From the NCBI GenBank assembly GCA_051011415.1, contig JBPCTY010000060.1:10781-74780 (forward strand): 64,000 nt of DNA, in the 5' to 3' direction. Origin of the DNA: Acidimicrobiia bacterium. GTDB taxonomy: Bacteria; Actinomycetota; Acidimicrobiia; Spongiisociales; UBA5794. The notes below the pieces were generated by a model, which worked only from the letters and a program-made list of their open reading frames with translations, searched no databases and was not told the origin of the DNA. Position numbers and translations under genes: made by a program. Shown in pieces: positions 26,228 through 35,760 of this stretch (the first letter of the stretch is position 1; each line of letters begins with the position of its first letter).

Positions 26228-27556
26228 TCAGCCGGAGAGCTTCTCTGCGGTGGCGATGGCTTCGGGAAGCGCGATCACGATGAGATGATCGCCAGCCTCG
26301 ATGGTGGTGTTCCCACGTGGGACAAACGAGTCCGACCCTCGTTGCACCCCTCCAATGATGAGCGAGTGAGGCAATCTCAAGTCGGCGAGCGTCTTCCCGA
26401 TCGCCGGGCTCTTCTTCCCGACCTCAAGCTCAATCGCCTCAGCATCGGAGTCGGAGAAGGTGACGACAGAGTGGATGGTTCCGCGGCGCACGAACCGCAA
26501 TATCTCGTTTGCTGCCGACAACCGAGCACTGACGGTTGCATCGATACCGATGCCTGACAGCAGCCCGACCAGATCGGTGTTGGTGAATCTGGCGATGACC
26601 TCGCGTGCACCGAGCGACTTGGCCGCCAGGGCGCTCAATACGTTCTCACTGTCCCACCCCGTGAGCGACATCACCGTGTCTGCTGAGTCAACTCCTTCGG
26701 ACTTCAGGACCTTCACATCGGACGGCTCCCCACACACGGTGATCACCGACGGAAGGGTCTCCGCGATATAGCGGCATCTGTCCATATCGCTATCGATCAG
26801 CGTCGTGTGGATGCCTCGTTCGGAAAGCAGTCGGGCGGTGAGCTTTGCAAGCCTTGTACCTCCAAGCACGATGACCTTCTCTGCTGGTTCGCTCGAGAGC
26901 CCAAGCCACTGGTAGGCGTCCTCCGTGCTGTCTCGCTTGGCCATCATGAGGACATGGTCGCCCGGTTCGAGTGCGGTTGAACCTCTTGCGATGATGGTCT
27001 CGCCGTGGCGGATGACGGCAACAACAAGCCAATCCCAGCCAACAACTGTTTGCCGTAGGTCCATCAGTGTCTTTCCGACGAACGGGGCATTCTGCTCGAC
27101 ATGAGCACCGAGAAGCACGAGCTCGCCGTCTGCGAATTCGATCTTTTCCGAAATGTCGCCGCTCGAAGCGAGCTGGTACAGCTCTCTCGCTGCTGCCTCG
27201 CCCGGATCGATCACAAGATCGACACCAAGCGCCTCGACTTCTGCCTTGAGCTGGTCGTCTTCTACGCGTGCAACCTTCCGAGGGATCTTGAGCTTGTTGC
27301 CAGCAGAGCACGCAAGCACATTCACCGCATCTGATGAGCTGACCGCAATGAGAAGATCGGAGCCAGCAAGGCCCGCCTTCTTCAGTGTTTCAGCCGATGC
27401 ACCGTTGCCATTGATGACGAGGCAGTCGATCTCTGTTTGGGCAACCGCGGCGCGCACCGGATCGGACTCGATGACCACCACGTCCTGACCTTCGTACGAC
27501 AGCTTCTCCGCAAGATACGAGCCCACTGCACCTGCGCCGATGATGACGATTCGCAT
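26228..27556 (-). CDS. trkA: Trk system potassium uptake protein TrkA (tandem RCK/NAD-binding domains)
   Basis: Two Rossmann GxGxxG motifs (IVIIGAGAVGSYLA and VIVLGGTRLAKLTA), each followed by an RCK_C domain. Confidence 0.9.
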   Translation of the reverse strand: MRIVIIGAGAVGSYLAEKLSYEGQDVVVIESDPVRAAVAQTEIDCLVINGNGASAETLKKAGLAGSDLLIAVSSSDAVNVLACSAGNKLKIPRKVARVEDDQLKAEVEALGVDLVIDPGEAAARELYQLASSGDISEKIEFADGELVLLGAHVEQNAPFVGKTLMDLRQTVVGWDWLVVAVIRHGETIIARGSTALEPGDHVLMMAKRDSTEDAYQWLGLSSEPAEKVIVLGGTRLAKLTARLLSERGIHTTLIDSDMDRCRYIAETLPSVITVCGEPSDVKVLKSEGVDSADTVMSLTGWDSENVLSALAAKSLGAREVIARFTNTDLVGLLSGIGIDATVSARLSAANEILRFVRRGTIHSVVTFSDSDAEAIELEVGKKSPAIGKTLADLRLPHSLIIGGVQRGSDSFVPRGNTTIEAGDHLIVIALPEAIATAEKLSG

Positions 27557-27600
27557 ATGAACGCGAGGTTAGACCGGCCCGCAGCAAGAAAGCCGTCAGT

Positions 27601-27642
27601 CGCCCACAACGCAACACAGCCGCCGGCTCTCGCCGACGGCTG
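27601..27642 (-). terminator. Candidate intrinsic terminator downstream of hppA
   Basis: Interrupted GC-rich hairpin CAGCCGCCGGC-TCTC-GCCGACGGCTG at ~27617-27642, with a U/G-rich tail on the minus strand. Located between the hppA stop and the trkA start. Confidence 0.3.
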
Positions 27643-27671
27643 CGTGTGGTATTCCTTCGAGGTTGCTGTGC

Positions 27672-29753
27672 CTAGAGCAGGCCACCAAAGCTTGCGAACG
27701 CCGACGCAAAGATCAGCGACACAATCGTCATGACCTTGATCACGATGTTCATCGCCGGACCAGACGTGTCCTTGAATGGGTCACCGATGGTGTCACCCAC
27801 GACAGCGGCTTTGTGTGCATCCGAGCCCTTGCCACCGAAGGCACCGGACTCAATGAACTTCTTGGCGTTGTCCCATGCTCCACCTGCATTTGCCATGTAG
27901 ATGGCGAGGAGGAAGCCGGAGACCAGCGCACCAGCAAGCAGCCCGCCAAGCATGTCGACGGAGATGAATCCGACGATAAGCGGTAGGGCGACAGCCATCG
28001 CACCCGGAATGATCATCTCCCGCAGCGACGCCTTGGTCGAGATATCGACACACTTTGCATATTCCGGTACCACGCCCGGTTTACCCTCACGCAACCCTGG
28101 GATTTCTCTGAACTGGCGCCTGACTTCTTCGATCATCTGGAACGCTGCTCGCCCAACCGCCTGAATGGTCATGGCAGCGAACAGGTAGGGGAACATGCCT
28201 CCGAGGAACAGACCAACCGACACCTTGATGTCGAGAATGCCGAATCCGCTCACGCCTACCGCTTGCGCAAAGGTGAAGAACAAGGCCAGCGCAGTCACTG
28301 CAGCGGATGCAATTGCAAAGCCCTTTGCCACAGCGGCTGTGGTGTTGCCGAGTGCATCGAGCTGGTCTGTTGCTTCTCTCACCTCTGGGGGAAGCTCCGC
28401 CATCTCTGCGATGCCACCGGCGTTGTCAGCAATCGGACCATACGCGTCGACAGATACGGTGATACCTAGTGTTGCGAGAACACCGATTGCCGCAATCGCA
28501 ACACCGTAGATACCGCCGTCGTCCACGGCCAGGTCACCAGCCCAGTACGCAGCGCCCATGCCGAGTGCAACGACGATGACCGAATAGGCAGCCGAACGCT
28601 TGCCCTCTGCGATACCAGCGAGGGTCACCGTCGCAGGACCGGTTTCCGCCTGACGCGCGATCTCCTTGACGGTCTTGTAGTGATCAGAGGTGTACCACTC
28701 GGAAATCTTGCCAACGATGAGGCCGATCGAAAGACCAACGATCACCGCAATGAAGAATCCCCACGAGTTCTTCACGCCGGCAACGTCGTTGAACATCACC
28801 GGCGTCAGAATCGCCACGCCGACAACGGTCAACCCGGCTGCCGCCCACGTACCAGTGTGGAGCGCTGCCGCGAGGTTGTCGCCCCGTGGCCGAACGAGGA
28901 ACGAGCCAATGATCGATGCGAGCATGCCGATCGAGGCGATCATGAGCGGGTAGAAGATGGTCTGTGGAAGGAAGTCGTTGCCGCTGAACACAATCGCTGC
29001 AAAAGCGATCGGTGCGATCAGCGAACCGACGTAGGACTCGAAGAGGTCTGCACCCATTCCTGCGACGTCACCGACGTTGTCACCAACGTTGTCAGCGATC
29101 GTGGCCGGGTTGCGGGGATCGTCTTCTGGGATACCCGCCTCGACCTTGCCGACCAGATCAGCGCCGACGTCCGCGGCCTTGGTGTAGATACCACCACCGA
29201 CACGTGCGAAGAGGGCGATCGACGATCCACCGAGACCGATCGCGGTGACAATCTGAACCCAGTTGTCATCTTCGAGCACCTCGCCAAAGAAGTACACACC
29301 GAGCGCAAAACCGAGAAGACCGAGGCCTGCAACGGTGAAGCCCATGACTGCACCGCCGCGGAACGCAACGGGAAGCGCCTTTGCCGTTCCACCCTGACGT
29401 GCGGCTTCCGCCGTTCGTGCGTTTGCGGCTGTCGCAATCCGCATGCCGATAAAGCCGGCGGACGCGGACAGAATCGCACCGAATACGTATGCAACTGCGC
29501 CCCACGGTCGACCCCAATCGAGGAAGACAAGGATGAGCACTGCCATGATCGCGACGAATCCGGCGATCGCCAGATACTCGCGACGCATGAAGGCCATTGA
29601 CCCTTCGCGGATGGCGGACATGAGTTCGACCATCCGGTCGTTTCCGGGCGATGCTGCAACAACCTGTCTGCCGTAGAAGGCAGCGAGGATGAGCGCAGCG
29701 ATACCCATGACAATGGCTACGTAGAGCCACACATCGGCGTTCACTAAGACCAC
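27672..29753 (-). CDS. hppA: Membrane-bound proton-translocating pyrophosphatase (H+-PPase)
   Basis: Signature GDNVGDNVGDVAGMGADLFESYVGSLIA and multiple TM helices. 693 aa. Confidence 0.92.
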   Translation of the reverse strand: MVLVNADVWLYVAIVMGIAALILAAFYGRQVVAASPGNDRMVELMSAIREGSMAFMRREYLAIAGFVAIMAVLILVFLDWGRPWGAVAYVFGAILSASAGFIGMRIATAANARTAEAARQGGTAKALPVAFRGGAVMGFTVAGLGLLGFALGVYFFGEVLEDDNWVQIVTAIGLGGSSIALFARVGGGIYTKAADVGADLVGKVEAGIPEDDPRNPATIADNVGDNVGDVAGMGADLFESYVGSLIAPIAFAAIVFSGNDFLPQTIFYPLMIASIGMLASIIGSFLVRPRGDNLAAALHTGTWAAAGLTVVGVAILTPVMFNDVAGVKNSWGFFIAVIVGLSIGLIVGKISEWYTSDHYKTVKEIARQAETGPATVTLAGIAEGKRSAAYSVIVVALGMGAAYWAGDLAVDDGGIYGVAIAAIGVLATLGITVSVDAYGPIADNAGGIAEMAELPPEVREATDQLDALGNTTAAVAKGFAIASAAVTALALFFTFAQAVGVSGFGILDIKVSVGLFLGGMFPYLFAAMTIQAVGRAAFQMIEEVRRQFREIPGLREGKPGVVPEYAKCVDISTKASLREMIIPGAMAVALPLIVGFISVDMLGGLLAGALVSGFLLAIYMANAGGAWDNAKKFIESGAFGGKGSDAHKAAVVGDTIGDPFKDTSGPAMNIVIKVMTIVSLIFASAFASFGGLL

Positions 29754-29850
29754 TCCTGGTGTTCGGGGGGAGGTTTGAAACCGGCGGCATTATAGGGAAT
29801 GTGCGTGATCCGGCGCCTCTCGGATCCGACGCGACGGGTCACTGCGTAGA

Positions 29851-30861
29851 GTGCCGTCCATGCCATGGACACAAAGCCTTCCAAACGGATACGTCGGCTC
29901 GGTCGGCGCACCGACCGACCTCAGCGAGCTTCAAGCCCTCGTCGCGACCGTCGACACGATGCTCGAGGGAACCAGCACAATGACAGTGGACACGCTGGAA
30001 ACCTCCTTCGGAGAGCCCGACTTCGATCGCACGCGACATGTCGCGTTGGTCCACAGCAACGATGGAAAGCTCGTCGGCGCAGCTTGGTTCAACCTCATCC
30101 AACCATTTGTCGCATCGTTCGCCCCCGGATATGTGCACCCTGACTATGAGGGCCTTGGGATCGGTGGCTCACTCACCGAATGGCTAATCGCCGCAGCGCA
30201 CGCAAACGAGAGCAAGGCACCAGACGACACACGCGTGACGCTGGCTGTTGGGATCCATGACTCGAACGAGCGGGCCAAGCGGCTCTTCAGCGCACGAGGG
30301 TTTGAGGTCGAGCGCTACTTCCTCGAGATGGAGATCGCACTCGGTCAGCCCATCTCCATCCCGCCGCTTGCGGAAGGTCTCACCCTTCGAACGATGTCGC
30401 CAGATGAAGATGTCGACGCTCTCTCCGCAGCAGTGACCGGGTCCTTCAAGGACCACTACGGGTTCACCGAGCGGCCGCCAGAGGTGAGTAACGCCAGGTG
30501 GCGTCAGTGGCGAACAAGCGAGGTCTGGGATGACGATCTGGTGTGGCTGGCTATGGCAGACGACCGAATCGTTGGAGTCAATGTATGCCTTCGCACCCAC
30601 GGTGCCCGTGAGGACCAGGGCTACGTTGCATCGCTTGGCGTTTTGCCCGATTGGCGGGGCAAAGGACTGGCCAGGCACTTGTTGACGACGAGTTTCGCCG
30701 AGTATCAATCAAGGGGAATGGACTCTGTGGCGCTTCATGTCGACGCCGACAGCCTCACCGGGGCGACCCGTCTCTATGAGGGAGTTGGAATGCATGAGAC
30801 TCAGCGCACGGTCGACTTTCAGCTCGAGATCCGGGCAGGTCGCGACATCACCGTTCGATGA
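29851..30861 (+). CDS. Tandem-GNAT N-acetyltransferase, MshD-like (possible mycothiol synthase)
   Basis: Two GNAT domains with acetyl-CoA (R/Q)xxGxG/A motifs (YEGLGIGGSL and WRGKGLARHL). Overall ~320-aa two-domain architecture like MshD. The 3' end overlaps the downstream aminotransferase by 4 nt. Confidence 0.6.
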   Translation: MPSMPWTQSLPNGYVGSVGAPTDLSELQALVATVDTMLEGTSTMTVDTLETSFGEPDFDRTRHVALVHSNDGKLVGAAWFNLIQPFVASFAPGYVHPDYEGLGIGGSLTEWLIAAAHANESKAPDDTRVTLAVGIHDSNERAKRLFSARGFEVERYFLEMEIALGQPISIPPLAEGLTLRTMSPDEDVDALSAAVTGSFKDHYGFTERPPEVSNARWRQWRTSEVWDDDLVWLAMADDRIVGVNVCLRTHGAREDQGYVASLGVLPDWRGKGLARHLLTTSFAEYQSRGMDSVALHVDADSLTGATRLYEGVGMHETQRTVDFQLEIRAGRDITVR

Positions 30862-32099
30862 CCGACAGGAGTCAACTGAGCAGCTTCGGCGAGGCCCTCG
30901 CAGCAGACAGCTCGCTGCCGTTCTATCTCCTCGCACATCTCGAGAAGGCATCTGAAGCAACAGATAGTTCGGCAGGGAATCAGCCGTATACATGTCTGTC
31001 TGTCTCCGAGAACAAGCTGATGTGGGATCTCCTTTCCGAGAAGGTGAACACCAACCGCGATGTCCCCATGTCTGCGATGGGATACGGACCAAAGCCTGGT
31101 TCGCCGGAGTTTCGCACCGCGATATCTGACTTCGGATCCGAATTCGTGTGGGGAGTCAATGTTCCTGCAGACGAAATCGTGTCAATCGCGGGGGCCGGCG
31201 CTGCGGTCGAGGCAATCGCAGCAACCCTGTGTGAGCCAGGCGAGGCGATCCTGATACCGACACCAACGTATGCGGTGTATTGGGTCGACATTGAGTCGCG
31301 TTTTGGCGTGAAAGCCGTCGGCGCACCGATGGCCGTCGATGACGACTTCCTTCTATCGGTCGAGCATCTGGAGGCGGCCTATGCCGCCTCTGCCTACCCG
31401 GTCAAGGTTCTCTTGCTCACGACACCGAGCAACCCCCTTGGACGTATCACCGAACCTGAGCGAATCAAGAAGGCTGTCGCATGGGCGCGATCCAAGAATC
31501 TCCATGTGATCATCAATGAGCTGTACGCCCTGTCGACATTCGGTCCAACTGAGTGGGCGTCGGCTGCGTTATACCTCGACCGACTTGCAGACGATGTGCA
31601 CTTGATGTGGGGCTTCAGCAAGGACTTCTCGGTCAGCGGCCTGCGAGCCGGCGTCGTGCACTCCAAGAACCCCGATGTACTCGCAGCACTCGCCCACCAT
31701 GCGATATTCAGCGCGGTCTCTGGCGATACGCAACACCTCCTCACGAACATGCTCACCGACCGCAGCTGGTCAGACAGGTACCTCGCTTCAATGCGATCCA
31801 GACTCTCGGATGCCAGAGCCGGGGTGGAGTCCGCGCTTTCTGCGCACGGCCTACGAGCGGTGGATGGCGACGCAGCGTTGTTTCTCGTCGCAGACCTGCG
31901 GCCTCTGCTTATCGGCAACAGCTGGGAAGGCGAACGAAATCTCTGGCAGCAGATGCTTGACCACGAGAACGTGAACATCACTCCTGGCTCTTCCTGCCGA
32001 ATGCCCGAACCAGGCTTCATGCGCATTTGCTTTGCAACTGCGCCCACACCGGTGGTTGTCGACGCCGTCGACAGAGCGCTCACTTCAGCTGCTCGCTGA
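30858..32099 (+). CDS. PLP-dependent class I/II aminotransferase, ACC-synthase-like subfamily
   Basis: PLP-Lys motif GFSKDFSVSGLRAGVV (compare ACC synthase SLSKDxGxPGFRVG). 413 aa. Confidence 0.8.
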   Translation: MTDRSQLSSFGEALAADSSLPFYLLAHLEKASEATDSSAGNQPYTCLSVSENKLMWDLLSEKVNTNRDVPMSAMGYGPKPGSPEFRTAISDFGSEFVWGVNVPADEIVSIAGAGAAVEAIAATLCEPGEAILIPTPTYAVYWVDIESRFGVKAVGAPMAVDDDFLLSVEHLEAAYAASAYPVKVLLLTTPSNPLGRITEPERIKKAVAWARSKNLHVIINELYALSTFGPTEWASAALYLDRLADDVHLMWGFSKDFSVSGLRAGVVHSKNPDVLAALAHHAIFSAVSGDTQHLLTNMLTDRSWSDRYLASMRSRLSDARAGVESALSAHGLRAVDGDAALFLVADLRPLLIGNSWEGERNLWQQMLDHENVNITPGSSCRMPEPGFMRICFATAPTPVVVDAVDRALTSAAR

Positions 32100-32141
32100 G
32101 GTACCGCTCGGTTAAGGGACTCGGACCTACACTCCGCGCCG

Positions 32142-33401
32142 ATGGCCAGATTTCGTCGATTCACTGCTCTGTGCGGCGCGCTCGCGATCGTGGTGAGTGC
32201 GTGTTCGACCGCTTCGACTCCCGAATCCACAACTGCAACCTCCTCGACGTCGACGACGCTCCAGGCAGCTGCTGTCGCGTCGACGAGCACGACAACACCT
32301 GCGACAACAACCACCGAACAGCCGATCGATCCGGTCTCCGTTACTGGCGATCTCGACGCGGCCATCGCCGCTGTGCTCAGCAACGCCCTCACGGCGCTCA
32401 ACGACCCCAGAGCTGAATCTGACCTCCCGGAAGTCATGGGTGAACATCACGCAACCGATGTCGGCACCTTCGCATCAACCTACGGCGCTGTAGCCACGAT
32501 CGCAGAGCTGGCGGACGGCACACAGGTGGGCGTTGTGCGCCTTGATTCCGATGACGTCGTGCTGATCGCCGACGAAGGCGATGGGTGGCAGGTGGTCGGG
32601 ACACACATGACGTCACTTGATGCTGCGCCCTTCTACGGCGAATCTCCCCGCCGGGTCCTGGTACTCGGAAGCGATGCACGACCCGGGCAGAATCCCCCGG
32701 TCTTCCGCATGGACTCGATACATGTGCTCACCGCTGTTCCGTCCGAAAACACCGGGGCCATCCTCGGCTACCCGCGGGATAGTTGGGTCGATACCGAATA
32801 CGGTTCGATGCGAGTCAATGCCTTGACATCAAGCGGCAGGGGGCCCGATGCGTTGTACTCGTTCTTCACGAACGAGTGGGAAACTCCAGTCGAGGGCTAC
32901 ATCCTTACTGGCTTCTCCGGGTTCGAGCGCCTGGTCGACGCAACCCTTGGAAGACTCGAGATCCGTATTCCGATCCCGATCCCGACCCAAGAGTGGTTCG
33001 ATGGGTTCTCGGCAGGTGAACAGCGGCTGAGCGGTCTGCGTACGCTCGACTTCGCTCGCACTCGCAAGCTGATCCCTGGCGGAGACTTCACGCGCTCGTT
33101 CCACCAGGGGATCGTCATGCTTGCGGTGCTCACCATGCTTCAGCGCGGAGAAGTGGAAACGGTGCCGATGTTGCTCGCTGAGCTCTCCAAGTACACAGAA
33201 ACCAACCTTTCCGCATCGGATCTGATCCAGCTCGGTGCAGCGGCGATGGATATGGACATCGGGACCATCACGAACGAGGTTCTCCCTGGTTCGCTCGGGC
33301 GCACAAGCGGAGGTGCATCTGTGGTCTTCCTTGACGGCGGTTGGCAGACCATCGTGCAGGACGTCGTCGACGACGGTATTCGAAACGAATCGAGCGGCTA
33401 G
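32142..33401 (+). CDS. LCP-family (LytR-CpsA-Psr) cell-envelope phosphotransferase, probable lipoprotein
   Basis: Lipobox-like LAIVVSAC, a Thr/Ser-rich linker, and an LCP core (VLVLGSDARPG...RMDSIHVLT). Confidence 0.8.
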   Translation: MARFRRFTALCGALAIVVSACSTASTPESTTATSSTSTTLQAAAVASTSTTTPATTTTEQPIDPVSVTGDLDAAIAAVLSNALTALNDPRAESDLPEVMGEHHATDVGTFASTYGAVATIAELADGTQVGVVRLDSDDVVLIADEGDGWQVVGTHMTSLDAAPFYGESPRRVLVLGSDARPGQNPPVFRMDSIHVLTAVPSENTGAILGYPRDSWVDTEYGSMRVNALTSSGRGPDALYSFFTNEWETPVEGYILTGFSGFERLVDATLGRLEIRIPIPIPTQEWFDGFSAGEQRLSGLRTLDFARTRKLIPGGDFTRSFHQGIVMLAVLTMLQRGEVETVPMLLAELSKYTETNLSASDLIQLGAAAMDMDIGTITNEVLPGSLGRTSGGASVVFLDGGWQTIVQDVVDDGIRNESSG

Positions 33402-34744
33402 ACGACCTCGTAGATATCCCAGTCGCCTGGGACACCCTTGAGTTGGTACGTCCCGAGCAAGTCGTAGGTGATCGACGATCCAACCGTGAGATCCTTCACC
33501 GTGGATGACACCGCAATCCTGCCGTCGGGTGCTCTGTCGATCACACGCGATGCGATGTGCACTCCGATGCCCGCGATGTTATCGCCGGTCAAGGTGATCT
33601 CGCCGGTGTGGATTCCCGCACGAAGCTGGACGTCAAGCGCCCCAACCTCAAAGAGAATCTGCCGGGCTGCATCAATCGCTCTCGCCGGAACGTCAAAGGT
33701 TGCGAGGTGACCATCTCCGGTTGTGAACACCGTCTGCCCGCCAAATCGGCGGACCTGCTGCGCACTGATCTCATTGATCTCGGCGAGCAGATCTGTCCAA
33801 CGCTCATCGCCAAGCTGCGCCGCGGTTTCAGTCGATGCCACGATGTCGGTGAAAAGCACCGTGGCAAGCTTCCTGTCCGACGCAGAGTTCGATGTCTCGC
33901 CCGTGACGAACTCCTCCACGTGGTCAAGCACCGCGTTGAAGTCCCCTGTGTGAAACGGCAGGGTGTCTGCGCCAGGAAGAACGACGAACCGGGCATTGGG
34001 AATGTTGTCTGCCAGCCACTTGCCGCCAGCAATCCGGTGATAGAACGCGTCCTCCCGGTGGATCACCAGGGTCGGAAGGTCCAACGCCTTGGCCTCTTCT
34101 CGTACATCCTGCCTGAGCACCCAGTCGAGACCGCGGCCCACCGTGCCTGGAGGCATCGTCGATCGCTGGAACTTGAGCCACCACCGCACAAAGCGTGCAT
34201 CGTTCGCAACCGATGGGGCAGTGCGTACCAAGAGGATTCCGTCCTGACCGTACGTTGAAACAAAGACGTCCCAGGTCCGCTCCACGATGTCTGGCGGCAT
34301 ACCCTCGGGATAGTCGTCTGCGCGCATCGCCCTTGCCTGTGAGTTTGCGAGGACAAGCGACGTCACCCTTTCGGGATGTGCCGCGGCATAGGCGATGCAC
34401 ATCAACCCACCTTCGGCGTCCCCGAACAGCACAGCTTCCTCAACACCAACCTCATCAAGAACGCAAGTGATGTCCTCTCGCCATACGTCCATGGTCGGAA
34501 GCTCTGGCGAGGCAATCGGGTCGGAAACGCCGGTCCCTCGCTTGTCCAAGAGAATGACTCTTGAGAAGCTGGCGAGGCGATCGAGATAGCGGGCAGCCGA
34601 TGGCTCATCCCAGAATGTGTCGATATTCGTCGACCATTGCGTGACGAACACCAGATCGGGTGGCCCTTCACCGAAGACCTGATACGCAACAGCTCCCTCT
34701 GGGCCGCGAGCGAACTTCGTCTCAGGTGGCACGGTGGCCTTCAT
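33398..34744 (-). CDS. Alpha/beta-hydrolase fused to a class III adenylate/guanylate cyclase domain (LipJ-like)
   Basis: N-terminal hydrolase fold (FGDAEGGLMCIAYAAAHPERV; the nucleophile-elbow Ser is replaced by Glu). C-terminal cyclase (LATVLFTDIVASTETAAQLGD...VFTTGDGHLATF). 448 aa. Confidence 0.8.
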   Translation of the reverse strand: MKATVPPETKFARGPEGAVAYQVFGEGPPDLVFVTQWSTNIDTFWDEPSAARYLDRLASFSRVILLDKRGTGVSDPIASPELPTMDVWREDITCVLDEVGVEEAVLFGDAEGGLMCIAYAAAHPERVTSLVLANSQARAMRADDYPEGMPPDIVERTWDVFVSTYGQDGILLVRTAPSVANDARFVRWWLKFQRSTMPPGTVGRGLDWVLRQDVREEAKALDLPTLVIHREDAFYHRIAGGKWLADNIPNARFVVLPGADTLPFHTGDFNAVLDHVEEFVTGETSNSASDRKLATVLFTDIVASTETAAQLGDERWTDLLAEINEISAQQVRRFGGQTVFTTGDGHLATFDVPARAIDAARQILFEVGALDVQLRAGIHTGEITLTGDNIAGIGVHIASRVIDRAPDGRIAVSSTVKDLTVGSSITYDLLGTYQLKGVPGDWDIYEVV

Positions 34745-34778
34745 GACGCTGAAGCATCACGCGACCCTACTCGCCATC

Positions 34779-35240
34779 TCAATCGTCGTCGGCACCAGCT
34801 TGCAGCATCGCCAGCGGTTCGAAGGTCGCCCTGCTCTCAGCCTCGACAGTGACCAATCCGACGACGGGGAAGCGCAGTCTCTTCACCACGTACACCGTCA
34901 CGGTCCTCGGGTCCCACGAACGATCGACTGGGCAGGTGCACGTTCGGAGCTGTGCGCCGTTGATTGAAGCAAACTTCGCGGCCTCGCCTGCCGGTGAGCC
35001 GGATGCGCCAAAGGGTCGAAAGGTCACCGGAGCGGCGGCAAGAGCGGCAGCGTCGGCAGCGTTTGCGGCAGCCGTGTGTGCGGCGACGATCATTCCAGCC
35101 GATCCAACTCCCAGCGCAAGCAGTACGACAACGATCGACAGCGCGAAGCCGATAACAATCGAGCCGCTCTCATCGCTCCGTTCGCATCGACGTGGTCGCG
35201 CGAAGATCAACGGTGAACCCACCGAGAAGCGGAGCCGCAA
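34779..35240 (-). CDS. TadE/TadG-like pseudopilin-family protein (start uncertain)
   Basis: TadE-like N-terminal motif ERSDESGSIVIGFALSIVVVLLALGV. Last gene of the Tad cluster. Confidence 0.5.
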   Translation of the reverse strand: MRLRFSVGSPLIFARPRRCERSDESGSIVIGFALSIVVVLLALGVGSAGMIVAAHTAAANAADAAALAAAPVTFRPFGASGSPAGEAAKFASINGAQLRTCTCPVDRSWDPRTVTVYVVKRLRFPVVGLVTVEAESRATFEPLAMLQAGADDD

Positions 35241-35532
35241 CGGTGTGGCGCAGCGAAACTGCCACCGTTGCGGGCTGGCCGACGGCTGCTGGCCTGCTCA
35301 CCGACACGCTCGCCCTGCTGCCGGAGCTCCCGAGCGCTGCCCTCGCTGCCGCTGCTGCCCGTCGGGTGTCTGGAGAAGTCGCAGCCTGACGTGCACCTTC
35401 CCTGGAAGCGTGAAGAAGCTGGACTTCGGTCTTGGCGACCAGCGCTACCTCGACAATTCCAAACAGCAGAACGAGAACGACAGGCACGACGAGGGCGAAT
35501 TCGACGACTGCGCTCCCCCGCTCCAGATTCAC
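35170..35532 (-). CDS. tadE: TadE-like protein. GTG start overlaps the flp stop (GTGA).
   Basis: Canonical TadE N-terminus ERGSAVVEFALVVPVVLVLLFGIVE. Confidence 0.6.
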   Translation of the reverse strand: MNLERGSAVVEFALVVPVVLVLLFGIVEVALVAKTEVQLLHASREGARQAATSPDTRRAAAAARAALGSSGSRASVSVSRPAAVGQPATVAVSLRHTVAAPLLGGFTVDLRATTSMRTER

Positions 35533-35699
35533 ACACTGTCCGCGATCGAGATCACTCTCGCAAGAACCGTGTTGAAGAACGACGGGAGCATGTCCGATGT
35601 TGATGCCCACGTGATGAGCGCAAGCGCGACGATCGCCGCGGCGACAAGCACCAGGGCGTACTCCGCGGTCGCCTGCCCATTCTGTTTCTCGAGACGCAT
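35529..35699 (-). CDS. flp: Flp-family type IVb prepilin
   Basis: 57 aa from the internal Met: MRLEKQNGQATAEYALVLVAAAIVALALI. It has the Flp processing motif G/QATAEY and a hydrophobic helix. The listed 91-aa ORF has a spurious 5' extension. Confidence 0.7.
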   Translation of the reverse strand: MRLEKQNGQATAEYALVLVAAAIVALALITWASTSDMLPSFFNTVLARVISIADSV

Positions 35700-35760
35700 T
35701 CGTCTCCTCCTTACACCGTGGCTTCCGGCCACTTCGGTGGGAAGCTGGAACAGCCAGACA

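Noticed and set aside
28680-29600. 306-aa plus-strand ORF and several minus-strand ORFs in other frames inside hppA
   Set aside because: They lie within, or antisense to, the unmistakable H+-PPase reading frame. They are Arg/Cys-rich.
31394-32437. 347-aa minus-strand ORF
   Set aside because: It lies entirely antisense to the PLP aminotransferase and the LCP gene. Its composition is Ala/Ser/Arg-rich and low-complexity. The sense-strand genes have clear catalytic motifs.
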